The notes under the pieces were generated by a model. It ran no database searches and was not told where the DNA came from. It worked only from the letters and a program-made list of their open reading frames with translations. A DNA stretch of 33,510 bases, from assembly GCA_964523995.1 (NCBI GenBank), contig CAZGBW010000002.1:1-33510 (forward strand), written 5' to 3'. Source of the stretch: an uncultured Victivallales bacterium. Its GTDB lineage: Bacteria > Verrucomicrobiota > Kiritimatiellia > UBA8416. Both the position numbers and the translations under genes were made by a program. This document shows, piece by piece, positions 26,855 to 33,510 of the stretch; position 1 is the stretch's first letter, and every line of letters begins with the position of its first letter.

Positions 26855-27319
26855 ATGTCAAACCAGGAACACACGACTTGGAAACATAACGGGACCGCCA
26901 GCAATACCATTGTTTCCCTTCTGCATCAAGGCGATACCGTTAAATTCCGTGCTGGCGGCCCCAGCATGCATCCGGTGATCCGACCGGGGGAAACCGTCCT
27001 GGTCCGCCCGGTCGGCAAAGGGGATCTCCGGCCCGGTGCCATCCTGCTTTTCCAGTATCACGGGCGCCTGGTCCTGCACCGGCTGGTTCGGAAATCCAAA
27101 ACAGAGGGCCACCTGCTGCTGGCTGGTGACGCCGTGATCGAGGGCACGGAACACCCGGAGATAAACGGCATCATCGGCGTTGCTACCACCGTCTATCGCC
27201 ACGGCACCGCAATCCGCCTGGATACGCCGCTCATGCGCCTCCGCGGACGGCTTCTCCAACGGTGGCGTCCTCTCCGGTGCTGGCTTTTGCGGGTGCGGCA
27301 TGCTGGATCGACGGCCTGA
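26855..27319 (+). CDS. S24/S26-clan serine peptidase domain protein (SipW/ER-type-like), no membrane anchor
   Basis: 154 aa and the only plus-strand gene accepted. It has a GGPSMHPVIRPGETVLV nucleophile box (G-x-S-M-x-P) and a downstream LVLHRLV box (H-R). The N-terminus is hydrophilic. The gene converges on the HprK-like gene. Confidence 0.7.
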   Translation: MSNQEHTTWKHNGTASNTIVSLLHQGDTVKFRAGGPSMHPVIRPGETVLVRPVGKGDLRPGAILLFQYHGRLVLHRLVRKSKTEGHLLLAGDAVIEGTEHPEINGIIGVATTVYRHGTAIRLDTPLMRLRGRLLQRWRPLRCWLLRVRHAGSTA

Positions 27320-27366
27320 TCCGCAAGTCGTCCGCCAGGTTCCCACGCATGTGTCGGTTGACGCGT

Positions 27367-28242
27367 TCACGCCTGTTCCTTTCGCCAGGTCTCCAATGCC
27401 GACACGGACGACGGCAGCGGCCTGAAATGAAATCGGTTGACCGGAACGGAGCGGGAGATATCATTCAGGGCTTCCAGGGAGGCGTCTGCCCACGCCGACG
27501 CAAACCAGGGAATCCCGGCCATTGGCAACAACGACTGCCATGCATCGCCCGGCGGCAACCGCTCTAGGGACTCGAACGGGGCCTGCGAGAGCAGGAAAAT
27601 CCCGGCCAGCGGAACCTCATCGGCCTCGGCGAAACGACCCGACCCATGCCACGGCGTACCGGCCACGTGCAACCGCCCGTCGCGCCGGAACAGCACCACC
27701 CGGTCATCATTCAATACACGCCATCCCGCCTGATGACAAAGCGCCGACAGCGTCGTTTTCCCGGCACCGCTACGCCCGGCGAACACCAGGCCAAGACCGC
27801 CGCAAACCACGGTGGCCGCATGTAGCAGCACTCCACCGCAACGCCCTAGCAATCCCCATGTGAGAACTTGATCCAAGGGGTAACGCAACGGGGCATCCGC
27901 CGGATCGCCATCCACGCTAAGCGTCGCCCGATCCAGCCCGCCAAGTAACCGGCAGGTGACCCGCGGGCGCTCGCGGCCCGAAAACCCCGTGCAAAACAGC
28001 CAGTCGTCACCATCCTGCCAGACAGCCCAGTTCCGACCCGCCGAAAACCATGGCGAGGTTGCCGGCATCTGACGTGACCCGCGGACAAGCTGCACGGGCA
28101 GCTCGGCCAAGGGACGATACGCCCCCTTGACCTCGCGGTCCGCGAAAAAGCCGCCGTACGCCCAGTCGTCATACCGCACAGGAATGCCCTCATCCCCGTT
28201 CAGCAGAAAACGCACCGGACCCACTGTCAGATGGTTGATCAT
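27367..28242 (-). CDS. HPr kinase/phosphorylase-related P-loop protein (HprK-related kinase)
   Basis: 291 aa counted from ATG 28242, which lies 5 nt after the small ORF's stop. The track start GTG 28311 would overlap the small ORF. LLHAATVVCGGLGLVFAGRSGAGKTTLSALCHQAGWRVLNDDRVVL matches the HprK C-terminal domain pattern (H-x-x-x-V...G-x-S-G-x-G-K-[ST]...DD). Confidence 0.7.
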   Translation of the reverse strand: MINHLTVGPVRFLLNGDEGIPVRYDDWAYGGFFADREVKGAYRPLAELPVQLVRGSRQMPATSPWFSAGRNWAVWQDGDDWLFCTGFSGRERPRVTCRLLGGLDRATLSVDGDPADAPLRYPLDQVLTWGLLGRCGGVLLHAATVVCGGLGLVFAGRSGAGKTTLSALCHQAGWRVLNDDRVVLFRRDGRLHVAGTPWHGSGRFAEADEVPLAGIFLLSQAPFESLERLPPGDAWQSLLPMAGIPWFASAWADASLEALNDISRSVPVNRFHFRPLPSSVSALETWRKEQA

Positions 28243-28247
28243 GGTAT

Positions 28248-28430
28248 TCAGGAGCCTGCCTGCCCGATTCCAGGGAATGGATCCGTACACTCGGTTCCAT
28301 TCAACTTGCACCCCGCCGAAAGAGTTTCCTCGAGCGCCAGATCCACCCGCTGGACCTCCGGCTTGATATAGGGACGCCGCCCCTCCTCGACAGCGAACTC
28401 CGGGCCATGTTGTTCCAGTGTTCTCATCAT
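28248..28430 (-). CDS. Putative RiPP precursor peptide (60 aa): MMRTLEQHGPEFAVEEGRRPYIKPEVQRVDLALEETLSAGCKLNGTECTDPFPGIGQAGS
   Basis: ATG-ATG at 28430/28427 begins 4 nt after the rSAM TAA, with a GAGGG Shine-Dalgarno-like box 7 nt upstream. The TGA at 28248-28250 is followed 5 nt later by the kinase ATG. The peptide has an acidic leader with a YIKP motif and a Cys-containing C-terminal core. Confidence 0.6.
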   Translation of the reverse strand: MMRTLEQHGPEFAVEEGRRPYIKPEVQRVDLALEETLSAGCKLNGTECTDPFPGIGQAGS

Positions 28431-28434
28431 CAGT

Positions 28435-29559
28435 TTACCCTCTTTCCTCGATTGCAACCACCGCCTCATAACGCAGACGGGTTGTCTTCCGCATGTAATC
28501 AGACTCGGTTTCTTCGTCCCCGGTCTCCACCTCGTTGAATGCCGGGCAATGCGTGCAGGCACCCCGCATAGCCCCGTTGAAACTTGTATCGGACCGGGTG
28601 GGCTTCCGGTCCCGTATCCGGGCAAGCTCATCGCGCCAGAGATCCTGGAATGCGCGACCCTGGCCCGGATAGCGGTAAAGCCGCGTCATGAGACAGGGGG
28701 AAAGGAATCCATACGGATCGGCATAAAACGACGTGGTTCCCGCCCCGCACGGGTAGAGCCGGTCCGTGTCGGGACTGCCCCGTCCGCTGCGGACAGATCG
28801 CACCCATTTCCCGCGCTGCTCCGGAACGGCCATGTCCAGGCGCACGGCCTCCTCCGGGGTCACCCGCAAGTCAACAGGCGATGGTGAGGGTTGCGGCCCA
28901 CCCGCAATGCAAGGGAACACGGCGGCATCGAAGCGAAAGGGGACGCCTAGACCGGACGCCTGCAACGCCATGGCCTCCAGCTCGTGCTGATTCAGGGTCA
29001 TCAGCATGGTCTTGAGTCCGACCCGGATGCCGCCGTCGTGCAGACGCCGGATCCCCTCCCACGCCCGCGCATGCGAACCCGGTACGCGCGTAACGTTCTC
29101 ATAGGTCGCGGCGGTCGCCCCGTAGATGCTGATTTCCACCTTCCGGGGCGGTAATTCACGGAAGAGCGCCAGAATCCGATCCGTCACCAGAATCCCGTCG
29201 CAGAATACCGTCACCACCATCCCCAGCTCGCAGGCGTGGCGGTAGACATCCGGAAAATCCGCTCGCATCATCGGGTCACCACCGGTGATCAGCAAGTAGA
29301 GACAGCCGGCATCCGCCCACTCGTCAAGGGACCGCATCACGGCGGCGGTGTCGCATTCGCGTTCGCGATTCGCCACTTGATGGTCCTGGCTTCCAAGATA
29401 GCAATGCCGGCAACGCAGGTTGCAGCGGCTGGTCAATTCGAGCACGGCGGAAAGCGGAATGCGCGCCTTCGCCGCCCGGGTGCGCAGGCCGACCGTCCAG
29501 CCTTGCGATTCCCCGGTAGCCGCCGGGCCGCGCTCCTGTATTGATGTCTCGCTATTCAT
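28435..29559 (-). CDS. Radical SAM enzyme with SPASM/twitch-like C-terminal Cys cluster
   Basis: 374 aa counted from ATG 29559, in an 8-nt overlap (ATGAATAG) with the PqqD-like stop. It has the CNLRCRHC (CxxxCxxC) cluster and a GGDP motif. C-terminal Cys motifs are YPCGAGTTSFYADPYGFLSPC and GACTHCPAF. Confidence 0.85.
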   Translation of the reverse strand: MNSETSIQERGPAATGESQGWTVGLRTRAAKARIPLSAVLELTSRCNLRCRHCYLGSQDHQVANRERECDTAAVMRSLDEWADAGCLYLLITGGDPMMRADFPDVYRHACELGMVVTVFCDGILVTDRILALFRELPPRKVEISIYGATAATYENVTRVPGSHARAWEGIRRLHDGGIRVGLKTMLMTLNQHELEAMALQASGLGVPFRFDAAVFPCIAGGPQPSPSPVDLRVTPEEAVRLDMAVPEQRGKWVRSVRSGRGSPDTDRLYPCGAGTTSFYADPYGFLSPCLMTRLYRYPGQGRAFQDLWRDELARIRDRKPTRSDTSFNGAMRGACTHCPAFNEVETGDEETESDYMRKTTRLRYEAVVAIEERG

Positions 29560-29866
29560 CGTCTGTTCCCGCCACTGCCGCCTCAATCAATCCCTTCTCC
29601 TCAAGACGCTTCACAAAGTCAACGCAGTCCCCCATCGCGGCCTCATCGTCCACCATGAACCGACGGCTGACTTCACGGCTGGCGTCTTCCAATGTCTTCC
29701 CTGCGGAAATACACTCCCAGATCACCGCCCCCGTCTCGTTCAAGGGAAATACCGCATTGGCACGCGCCAGATCGCCCGTGATCGGCACCAGCAGCCGGTC
29801 TTCGCCAATCCGGCGGAGAACCATCCGGCCCGATACCTTGAAACGCATTTTTTCCGGCCCCGTCAT
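29552..29866 (-). CDS. PqqD-family protein (RiPP recognition element / peptide chaperone)
   Basis: About 104 aa. The sequence RIGEDRLLVPITG...VFPLNETGAVIWECISAGKTLEDASREVSRRFMVDDEAAMGDCVDFVKRLEEKGLIE fits the PqqD winged-helix pattern. I prefer ATG 29866, which has AAGGA 8 nt upstream. ATG 29875 and TTG 29887 are also possible. Confidence 0.75.
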   Translation of the reverse strand: MTGPEKMRFKVSGRMVLRRIGEDRLLVPITGDLARANAVFPLNETGAVIWECISAGKTLEDASREVSRRFMVDDEAAMGDCVDFVKRLEEKGLIEAAVAGTDDE

Positions 29867-29888
29867 GACACACATCCTTTTCCGCAAC

Positions 29889-32800
29889 TCACCACCGCTC
29901 CCACTTCCCTGACGTCATATTGATGAACCAGCGAGGATTCCTCGCCCCGTTGTACCACAGCCATGCCTCCGGCGAGGCGCGATAGAGGAAGGGATACGTG
30001 GTGCTGCCCGTCCACAACCACCCCATATCCTGCGTATACATCCAGACACTCTGCGCCGTTCCACCGGCCGGAACGAAAATGAAGCCGTGCTTGTTATGCC
30101 AGACCCAGCCGTCCGGCCCCATCGGGACATAATCCCCGAACCACGTCAGCCGCCGCCACCCGCCGACCAGGGACTGATAACCGGAATCCCAGCCCGAAGG
30201 CGCCGGGACCGCGGCCTGGGTGACGGTGAAGATCCGGGTGAGACCCCCGCCGGTCACCGAAAGGGATCCATGACGGACCGCGCCGCTGTTGGTCTCGATC
30301 CGGTATGTCACCGTCCCGCTATTGATGCCGGAGGAACCACCCGTTATCGTGATCCAAGGGGATTGCGAGGTTGCGGTCCAAGGGACAATCGCCGTGACCC
30401 CGACGGTCTGGCCGGTCACGGACGCACTCGAATGCTCCCGGTTCGTCGGGCTGAGCGCAAGATAACCATGAAGGGTGACAAAATCGCGGATGGCCGCGAG
30501 GCTGTAGACCGGATCCGCCAGTTCGGAAACCGTGAACCGCTCCCAGCGCCAGTGCGCGATCATATTGATCCATGCGGGGGGAACATTCCCTTCGCCGCCC
30601 CGGAGCTTCAGCGCGGGATCCCCCAGCAGGTTATACGTCCGGATCGCATCGGCGTGTAACCCACCCAGGACACCGAACGAACGACGGGTCTGCTGCAGCA
30701 GCGGACCGATGGTGTCCACCCGCTCGTCGGCGTGAATGCGGTGGAACTCGTGACTGAATTGACCCGCAAAACTGTTCCAGGACAGCCCCGCCGGCGCATA
30801 GACCGCCAACGCACCGCCATTCGGCTGCAGGACCAGCGCTTCCGCCAGGCACCGCTGCGTCGCGAGATAGATATCGAACCGCCCAATCAGGCAGGTCATG
30901 GATGCAAACAGCAGCAGCGGTGAATTCGTCATGCCGACGACATCGTCATAATGCAGGAGATTCTCATCCGCCAACTGCCGGTAGCTGCCATGACCGGTAT
31001 AGTGGATCATCCCGGAACCGTTGGTGATGGCGGCTCGGATATCGGCACGAACCCCGGCCACCGTGTTGGAGTCCAGCGAGGTGTACGCAAGCGTGTAGCG
31101 CTTTTTCGCCTCGGTGCCCATTTCGAGATTGCTGGCGGTAAAATCACCACCGCCATCCGCATTGTCAGCCGCGAGCAGCGCCATCGCATGCCTTGGCCGC
31201 GCAGCCGCCGCCTCATAGGCCTTCAACTTGGTGATATAGGCATTGAACTGCGTGACACTCTGCACCGGCAGGCGCCCGACCGCCAGGTCCGGTACCCCAT
31301 CAGCACCGGCAACATCCCCGAACAGCGAGTCTGATGGCCTTAACGTGGCCGAATCGGATCCCAGCAACGATGGCAGGTAACTGGTCAGCGCCGTCTGGGC
31401 ATTGAAATAGTCATAATGCCCCCAGCCGCCCAGAACCACCATCCAGGGAGCCATGCCCCACTGCTGACGGGCATACACCAGGAAATCCCGAATCGCCTCG
31501 GGTGTCGCCAAGCCGCCGCCGAACTGGTCGCAAATGTCCTCAAATACCGCGACGGCGCTGCGGAGACCCAGACTCGCGCGGTAGTCCGCCAGGGCCTGCG
31601 CCGGGACTTTGAACGCCCGCGGGGCGATGACCAGATAATCCACGGCATTCGTGGTAGCGCGCATCCAGCCGCCGTTACCTCCGGATTCCGCCTCCACCGC
31701 AGGAATGCCCGACCTCTCGCGCAACGCCCACGCGGTTCCCGCCGCGACGGGCCAGCTCCAGCCCGAAGGCAAAACACCCGCCGCGTCCGCGATCCAGACC
31801 GGATCAAGAGGATCGGTCACATCCAGGACGAGCGGATCGGTGAACAGGGCGGAGGAAAGACGGGCATGCCCGCCATCCGTGGCCTTGAGAATCGGCACCC
31901 GCGGCGCATAGTACTGCTGGTAGGCAACCTCGAAACCATCCACCACGATCGTACTGCTGATCACGCCATCCTGCAGGATTCCCTTGATCTTGAGTTGGTT
32001 TCCCGAGGGCAGCACGGTGCCCGCCGCCGCCGTGAATACGGCCGAGACGTCTGCCTTCCCGTCAAACAAAACCTCGCCGAGCAGCGTGTTGTTGAAGCGG
32101 ACTTCCGCCTTGTGACCGAGACCCGACGGGGTTTCGTTCCATCCGGTCAGGCGTACCGTGAACGTCACGCTTCCCGACGCATAACCCCCCAGCGGAACCT
32201 CGAACGTTCGCTCGCCGGTACTCGCGTTGCCGCTGTCGATATGCGTCCAGAAGTAGAGGTCGTCACGCAGTACCCCGCTGTGCTCGACCATGCTGACGAG
32301 ATCCTGCTCGAAATCCTGCCTTCCGAAAAACGTCTGGTTCGTCGGCACGGCAACGGATGCTGGCGACACGCGCTGCATGTGCATGCCCGCCCCCGGCTCG
32401 ATCCAGAAGACATTCCTGCGGGTGTAGCGGTTCGTGGCACCCCATCCGTAAAACAGGATGCGCTCAAGGGGGGCATCCACCAGATACGCCACCGGCTCGT
32501 TCCCGCAGCGCATCGCCAGAAGCGCATCGCGAGCCTTCACACCGACCTCGGCAGGCGTCAGCCCCAATCCGGCGGCTACCGAAGCAAACGACACGGAATA
32601 GATGTCGTTCGAGATCACCGGCAGCTTGACCGCCGGGCCTGTCACCGACACTCCCTTTGATGATGATTTCGGTCGCTCGGACTGCTCTGGCGAAAGGACA
32701 GCCACCGGTTCTTCCGCGTCCTCCTCAAACCGCACCGTCCAAACCCCCAGCGTCAAGGTTCGTCCATCACCACGCAACTCTTCCAGGCGATAGGTCGCCT

Positions 32801-33119
32801 CCGTTCCCCTCTTGCGCGTTCCGTCCACCAGGGTATAGGTGCTGGAAGGACTCGTGATATCCGCCGGGATGGTTCCATCATGCAACGGAACTTCACCCTC
32901 AGCGTCCACGCGGAACACCCGGTATCCAGCCGTACCGAACTCCGAGCCCGTCGTCCAGACCAGCTCGGCCTGCCCCCCCGTCCAGCGGCCCGAGACGCTC
33001 TCGATATCCGCCGATAAGGGATAGCCGGCCAACGCCGCCAGGGCACCCCCGATCAGGAGCACCCCGGCTAGGCCTGCTGCCCGCCGCCACGGAGGTCGGA
33101 TTGTTCGTCTCGTCTTCAT
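29889..33119 (-). CDS. Secreted peptidase C25 (gingipain-type) domain protein with BACON-like domain and Trp-rich C-terminal module
   Basis: 1076 aa with ATG at 33119 and a signal/anchor segment (AGLAGVLLIGGALAALAG). C25 hallmarks are VDYLVIAPRAF, MVVLGGWGHYDYF, SDSLFGDV...VPDLAVGRLPV, the catalytic-His box IHYTGHGS and the catalytic-Cys box LLLFASMTCLIGRFD. The BACON-like stretch is PWTATSQSPWITITGGSSGINSGTVTYRIETNSGAVRHGSLSV. Confidence 0.75.
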   Translation of the reverse strand: MKTRRTIRPPWRRAAGLAGVLLIGGALAALAGYPLSADIESVSGRWTGGQAELVWTTGSEFGTAGYRVFRVDAEGEVPLHDGTIPADITSPSSTYTLVDGTRKRGTEATYRLEELRGDGRTLTLGVWTVRFEEDAEEPVAVLSPEQSERPKSSSKGVSVTGPAVKLPVISNDIYSVSFASVAAGLGLTPAEVGVKARDALLAMRCGNEPVAYLVDAPLERILFYGWGATNRYTRRNVFWIEPGAGMHMQRVSPASVAVPTNQTFFGRQDFEQDLVSMVEHSGVLRDDLYFWTHIDSGNASTGERTFEVPLGGYASGSVTFTVRLTGWNETPSGLGHKAEVRFNNTLLGEVLFDGKADVSAVFTAAAGTVLPSGNQLKIKGILQDGVISSTIVVDGFEVAYQQYYAPRVPILKATDGGHARLSSALFTDPLVLDVTDPLDPVWIADAAGVLPSGWSWPVAAGTAWALRERSGIPAVEAESGGNGGWMRATTNAVDYLVIAPRAFKVPAQALADYRASLGLRSAVAVFEDICDQFGGGLATPEAIRDFLVYARQQWGMAPWMVVLGGWGHYDYFNAQTALTSYLPSLLGSDSATLRPSDSLFGDVAGADGVPDLAVGRLPVQSVTQFNAYITKLKAYEAAAARPRHAMALLAADNADGGGDFTASNLEMGTEAKKRYTLAYTSLDSNTVAGVRADIRAAITNGSGMIHYTGHGSYRQLADENLLHYDDVVGMTNSPLLLFASMTCLIGRFDIYLATQRCLAEALVLQPNGGALAVYAPAGLSWNSFAGQFSHEFHRIHADERVDTIGPLLQQTRRSFGVLGGLHADAIRTYNLLGDPALKLRGGEGNVPPAWINMIAHWRWERFTVSELADPVYSLAAIRDFVTLHGYLALSPTNREHSSASVTGQTVGVTAIVPWTATSQSPWITITGGSSGINSGTVTYRIETNSGAVRHGSLSVTGGGLTRIFTVTQAAVPAPSGWDSGYQSLVGGWRRLTWFGDYVPMGPDGWVWHNKHGFIFVPAGGTAQSVWMYTQDMGWLWTGSTTYPFLYRASPEAWLWYNGARNPRWFINMTSGKWERW

Positions 33120-33191
33120 GTCTTTCTCTCAGGGGAACACTATACGAAGGAATCCCCTTATCGAATGGGGTACTTCCCTACCTGGCGATCC

Positions 33192-33269
33192 TCAAGGCTG
33201 ACTGACCACCATCCTAATCCTAATCGTAATCCTAATCCTGACTGCGTCGTCAAGGCTGACTGACCACCA
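33192..33269. repeat. Exact 20-bp direct duplication flanking a hexamer microsatellite
   Basis: TCAAGGCTGACTGACCACCA occurs at 33192-33211 and again at 33250-33269. Between the copies are TCCTAA TCCTAA TCGTAA TCCTAA TCCTGA. The second copy encodes the last 5 codons plus the stop (VVSQP*) of the upstream gene. Confidence 0.85.
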
Positions 33270-33510
33270 CTCTGAAGTAGGCATTCTTCACCGCATCCGG
33301 ATCAACCGGCACCACATAGCTGTTCTCCGGCGGGTCGGAGGCAAGGCCGGAGGCGATGGCGACGAACGGCTGGTCCAGCGAAAGCGTCATCTCCACCGCA
33401 TACACCCGCCCCGTCTTACTGTTCCAGGTCAGCCGCAGCCCATCCGCCACCGCTTCCGCGCGGTTCACGCGCAGCACGGAGTTGGCACTCAGCGGGTCGG
33501 TGCCCGCCAG
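33250..33510 (-). CDS. 3' end of a gene truncated by the window edge; C-terminal beta-rich domain of unknown function
   Basis: The frame is open from the window edge to the TGA at 33250. The translation is LAGTDPLSANSVLRVNRAEAVADGLRLTWNSKTGRVYAVEMTLSLDQPFVAIASGL...AYFRVVVSQP. The G-T-D-P-x-x-x-x-S-x-L linker followed by a roughly 70-aa domain resembles tails of large secreted proteins. Confidence 0.5.
   Translation of the reverse strand: MAGTDPLSANSVLRVNRAEAVADGLRLTWNSKTGRVYAVEMTLSLDQPFVAIASGLASDPPENSYVVPVDPDAVKNAYFRVVVSQP

Noticed and set aside
27320-27366. Possible bidirectional terminator between the convergent peptidase and kinase genes
   Set aside because: I could find only 4-bp complementary stretches and no GC-rich stem followed by a T-tract.
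26858-27370. 170-aa minus-strand ORF antisense to the S24/S26 peptidase gene
   Set aside because: It has no motif, whereas the plus-strand frame carries the GPSMHP and LHRLV peptidase boxes.
28243-28311. GTG-initiated 23-codon extension of the HprK-like gene
   Set aside because: It would overlap the last 21 codons of the small ORF. The ATG at 28242 gives a clean 5-nt spacing. The longer start is not excluded.
28431-28631. Upstream two-thirds of the 127-aa ORF 28248-28631
   Set aside because: This part overlaps the 3' end of the rSAM gene in another frame and has a Pro/Gly/Arg-rich low-complexity translation. The internal ATG-ATG at 28430 has a GAGGG box and sits exactly in the rSAM-kinase gap.
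27367-29866. Calling the cassette a lasso-peptide cluster
   Set aside because: The leader spacing, the RRE and the kinase are lasso-like. However, no Asn-synthetase-like cyclase or transglutaminase-like B2 protease is present in the window. The first acidic core residue is at position 10, outside the usual 7-9 window. The associated enzyme is an rSAM/SPASM.

Overview
GC-rich bacterial chromosomal segment, transcribed almost entirely on the minus strand. No rRNA, tRNA, CRISPR array, transposase or integrase was recognised. Positions 43-26815 form one long surface-polysaccharide (EPS or O-antigen-like) locus. It encodes a WcaF-like acetyltransferase, GT4, GT2 and GT-B glycosyltransferases, and a NodZ-like transferase. 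It also has three GT2 fusion enzymes, joined to a class-I methyltransferase, a pyruvyl transferase and a sugar O-methyltransferase. The remainder is an FkbM methyltransferase, an SDR epimerase/dehydratase, two Wzy_C/O-antigen-ligase-family membrane proteins, a Wzm/Wzt ABC exporter, a Wzc-like tyrosine autokinase, a Wza/GumB-like lipoprotein, a beta-barrel outer-membrane protein and a glycoside-hydrolase-like lipoprotein. Most junctions are ATGA or TGATG start/stop overlaps. The larger intergenic gaps in the biosynthetic and ABC-transporter part of the locus hold copies of an AT-rich element family with 19-bp terminal inverted repeats. One copy carries a GxxExxY (PD-(D/E)xK-like) gene, and one sits in-frame inside a GT2-methyltransferase gene. 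The most interesting region is 26855-33119. There a secreted C25 (gingipain-type) peptidase-like gene is tightly followed by a PqqD-like (RRE) gene, a radical SAM/SPASM gene, a 60-aa ORF not listed separately in the supplied track, and an HPr-kinase-like P-loop gene. An anchor-less S24/S26 peptidase gene converges on this block. The small ORF has the residue spacing of a lasso-peptide leader (Y-x2-P-x-V-x9-T-x), a two-Cys core and a C-terminal Ser. No lasso cyclase or B2 protease is present in the window. I interpret this as an uncharacterised RiPP-type peptide maturation cassette next to the polysaccharide export genes. All family assignments rest on motif recognition by eye, and no database search was run.
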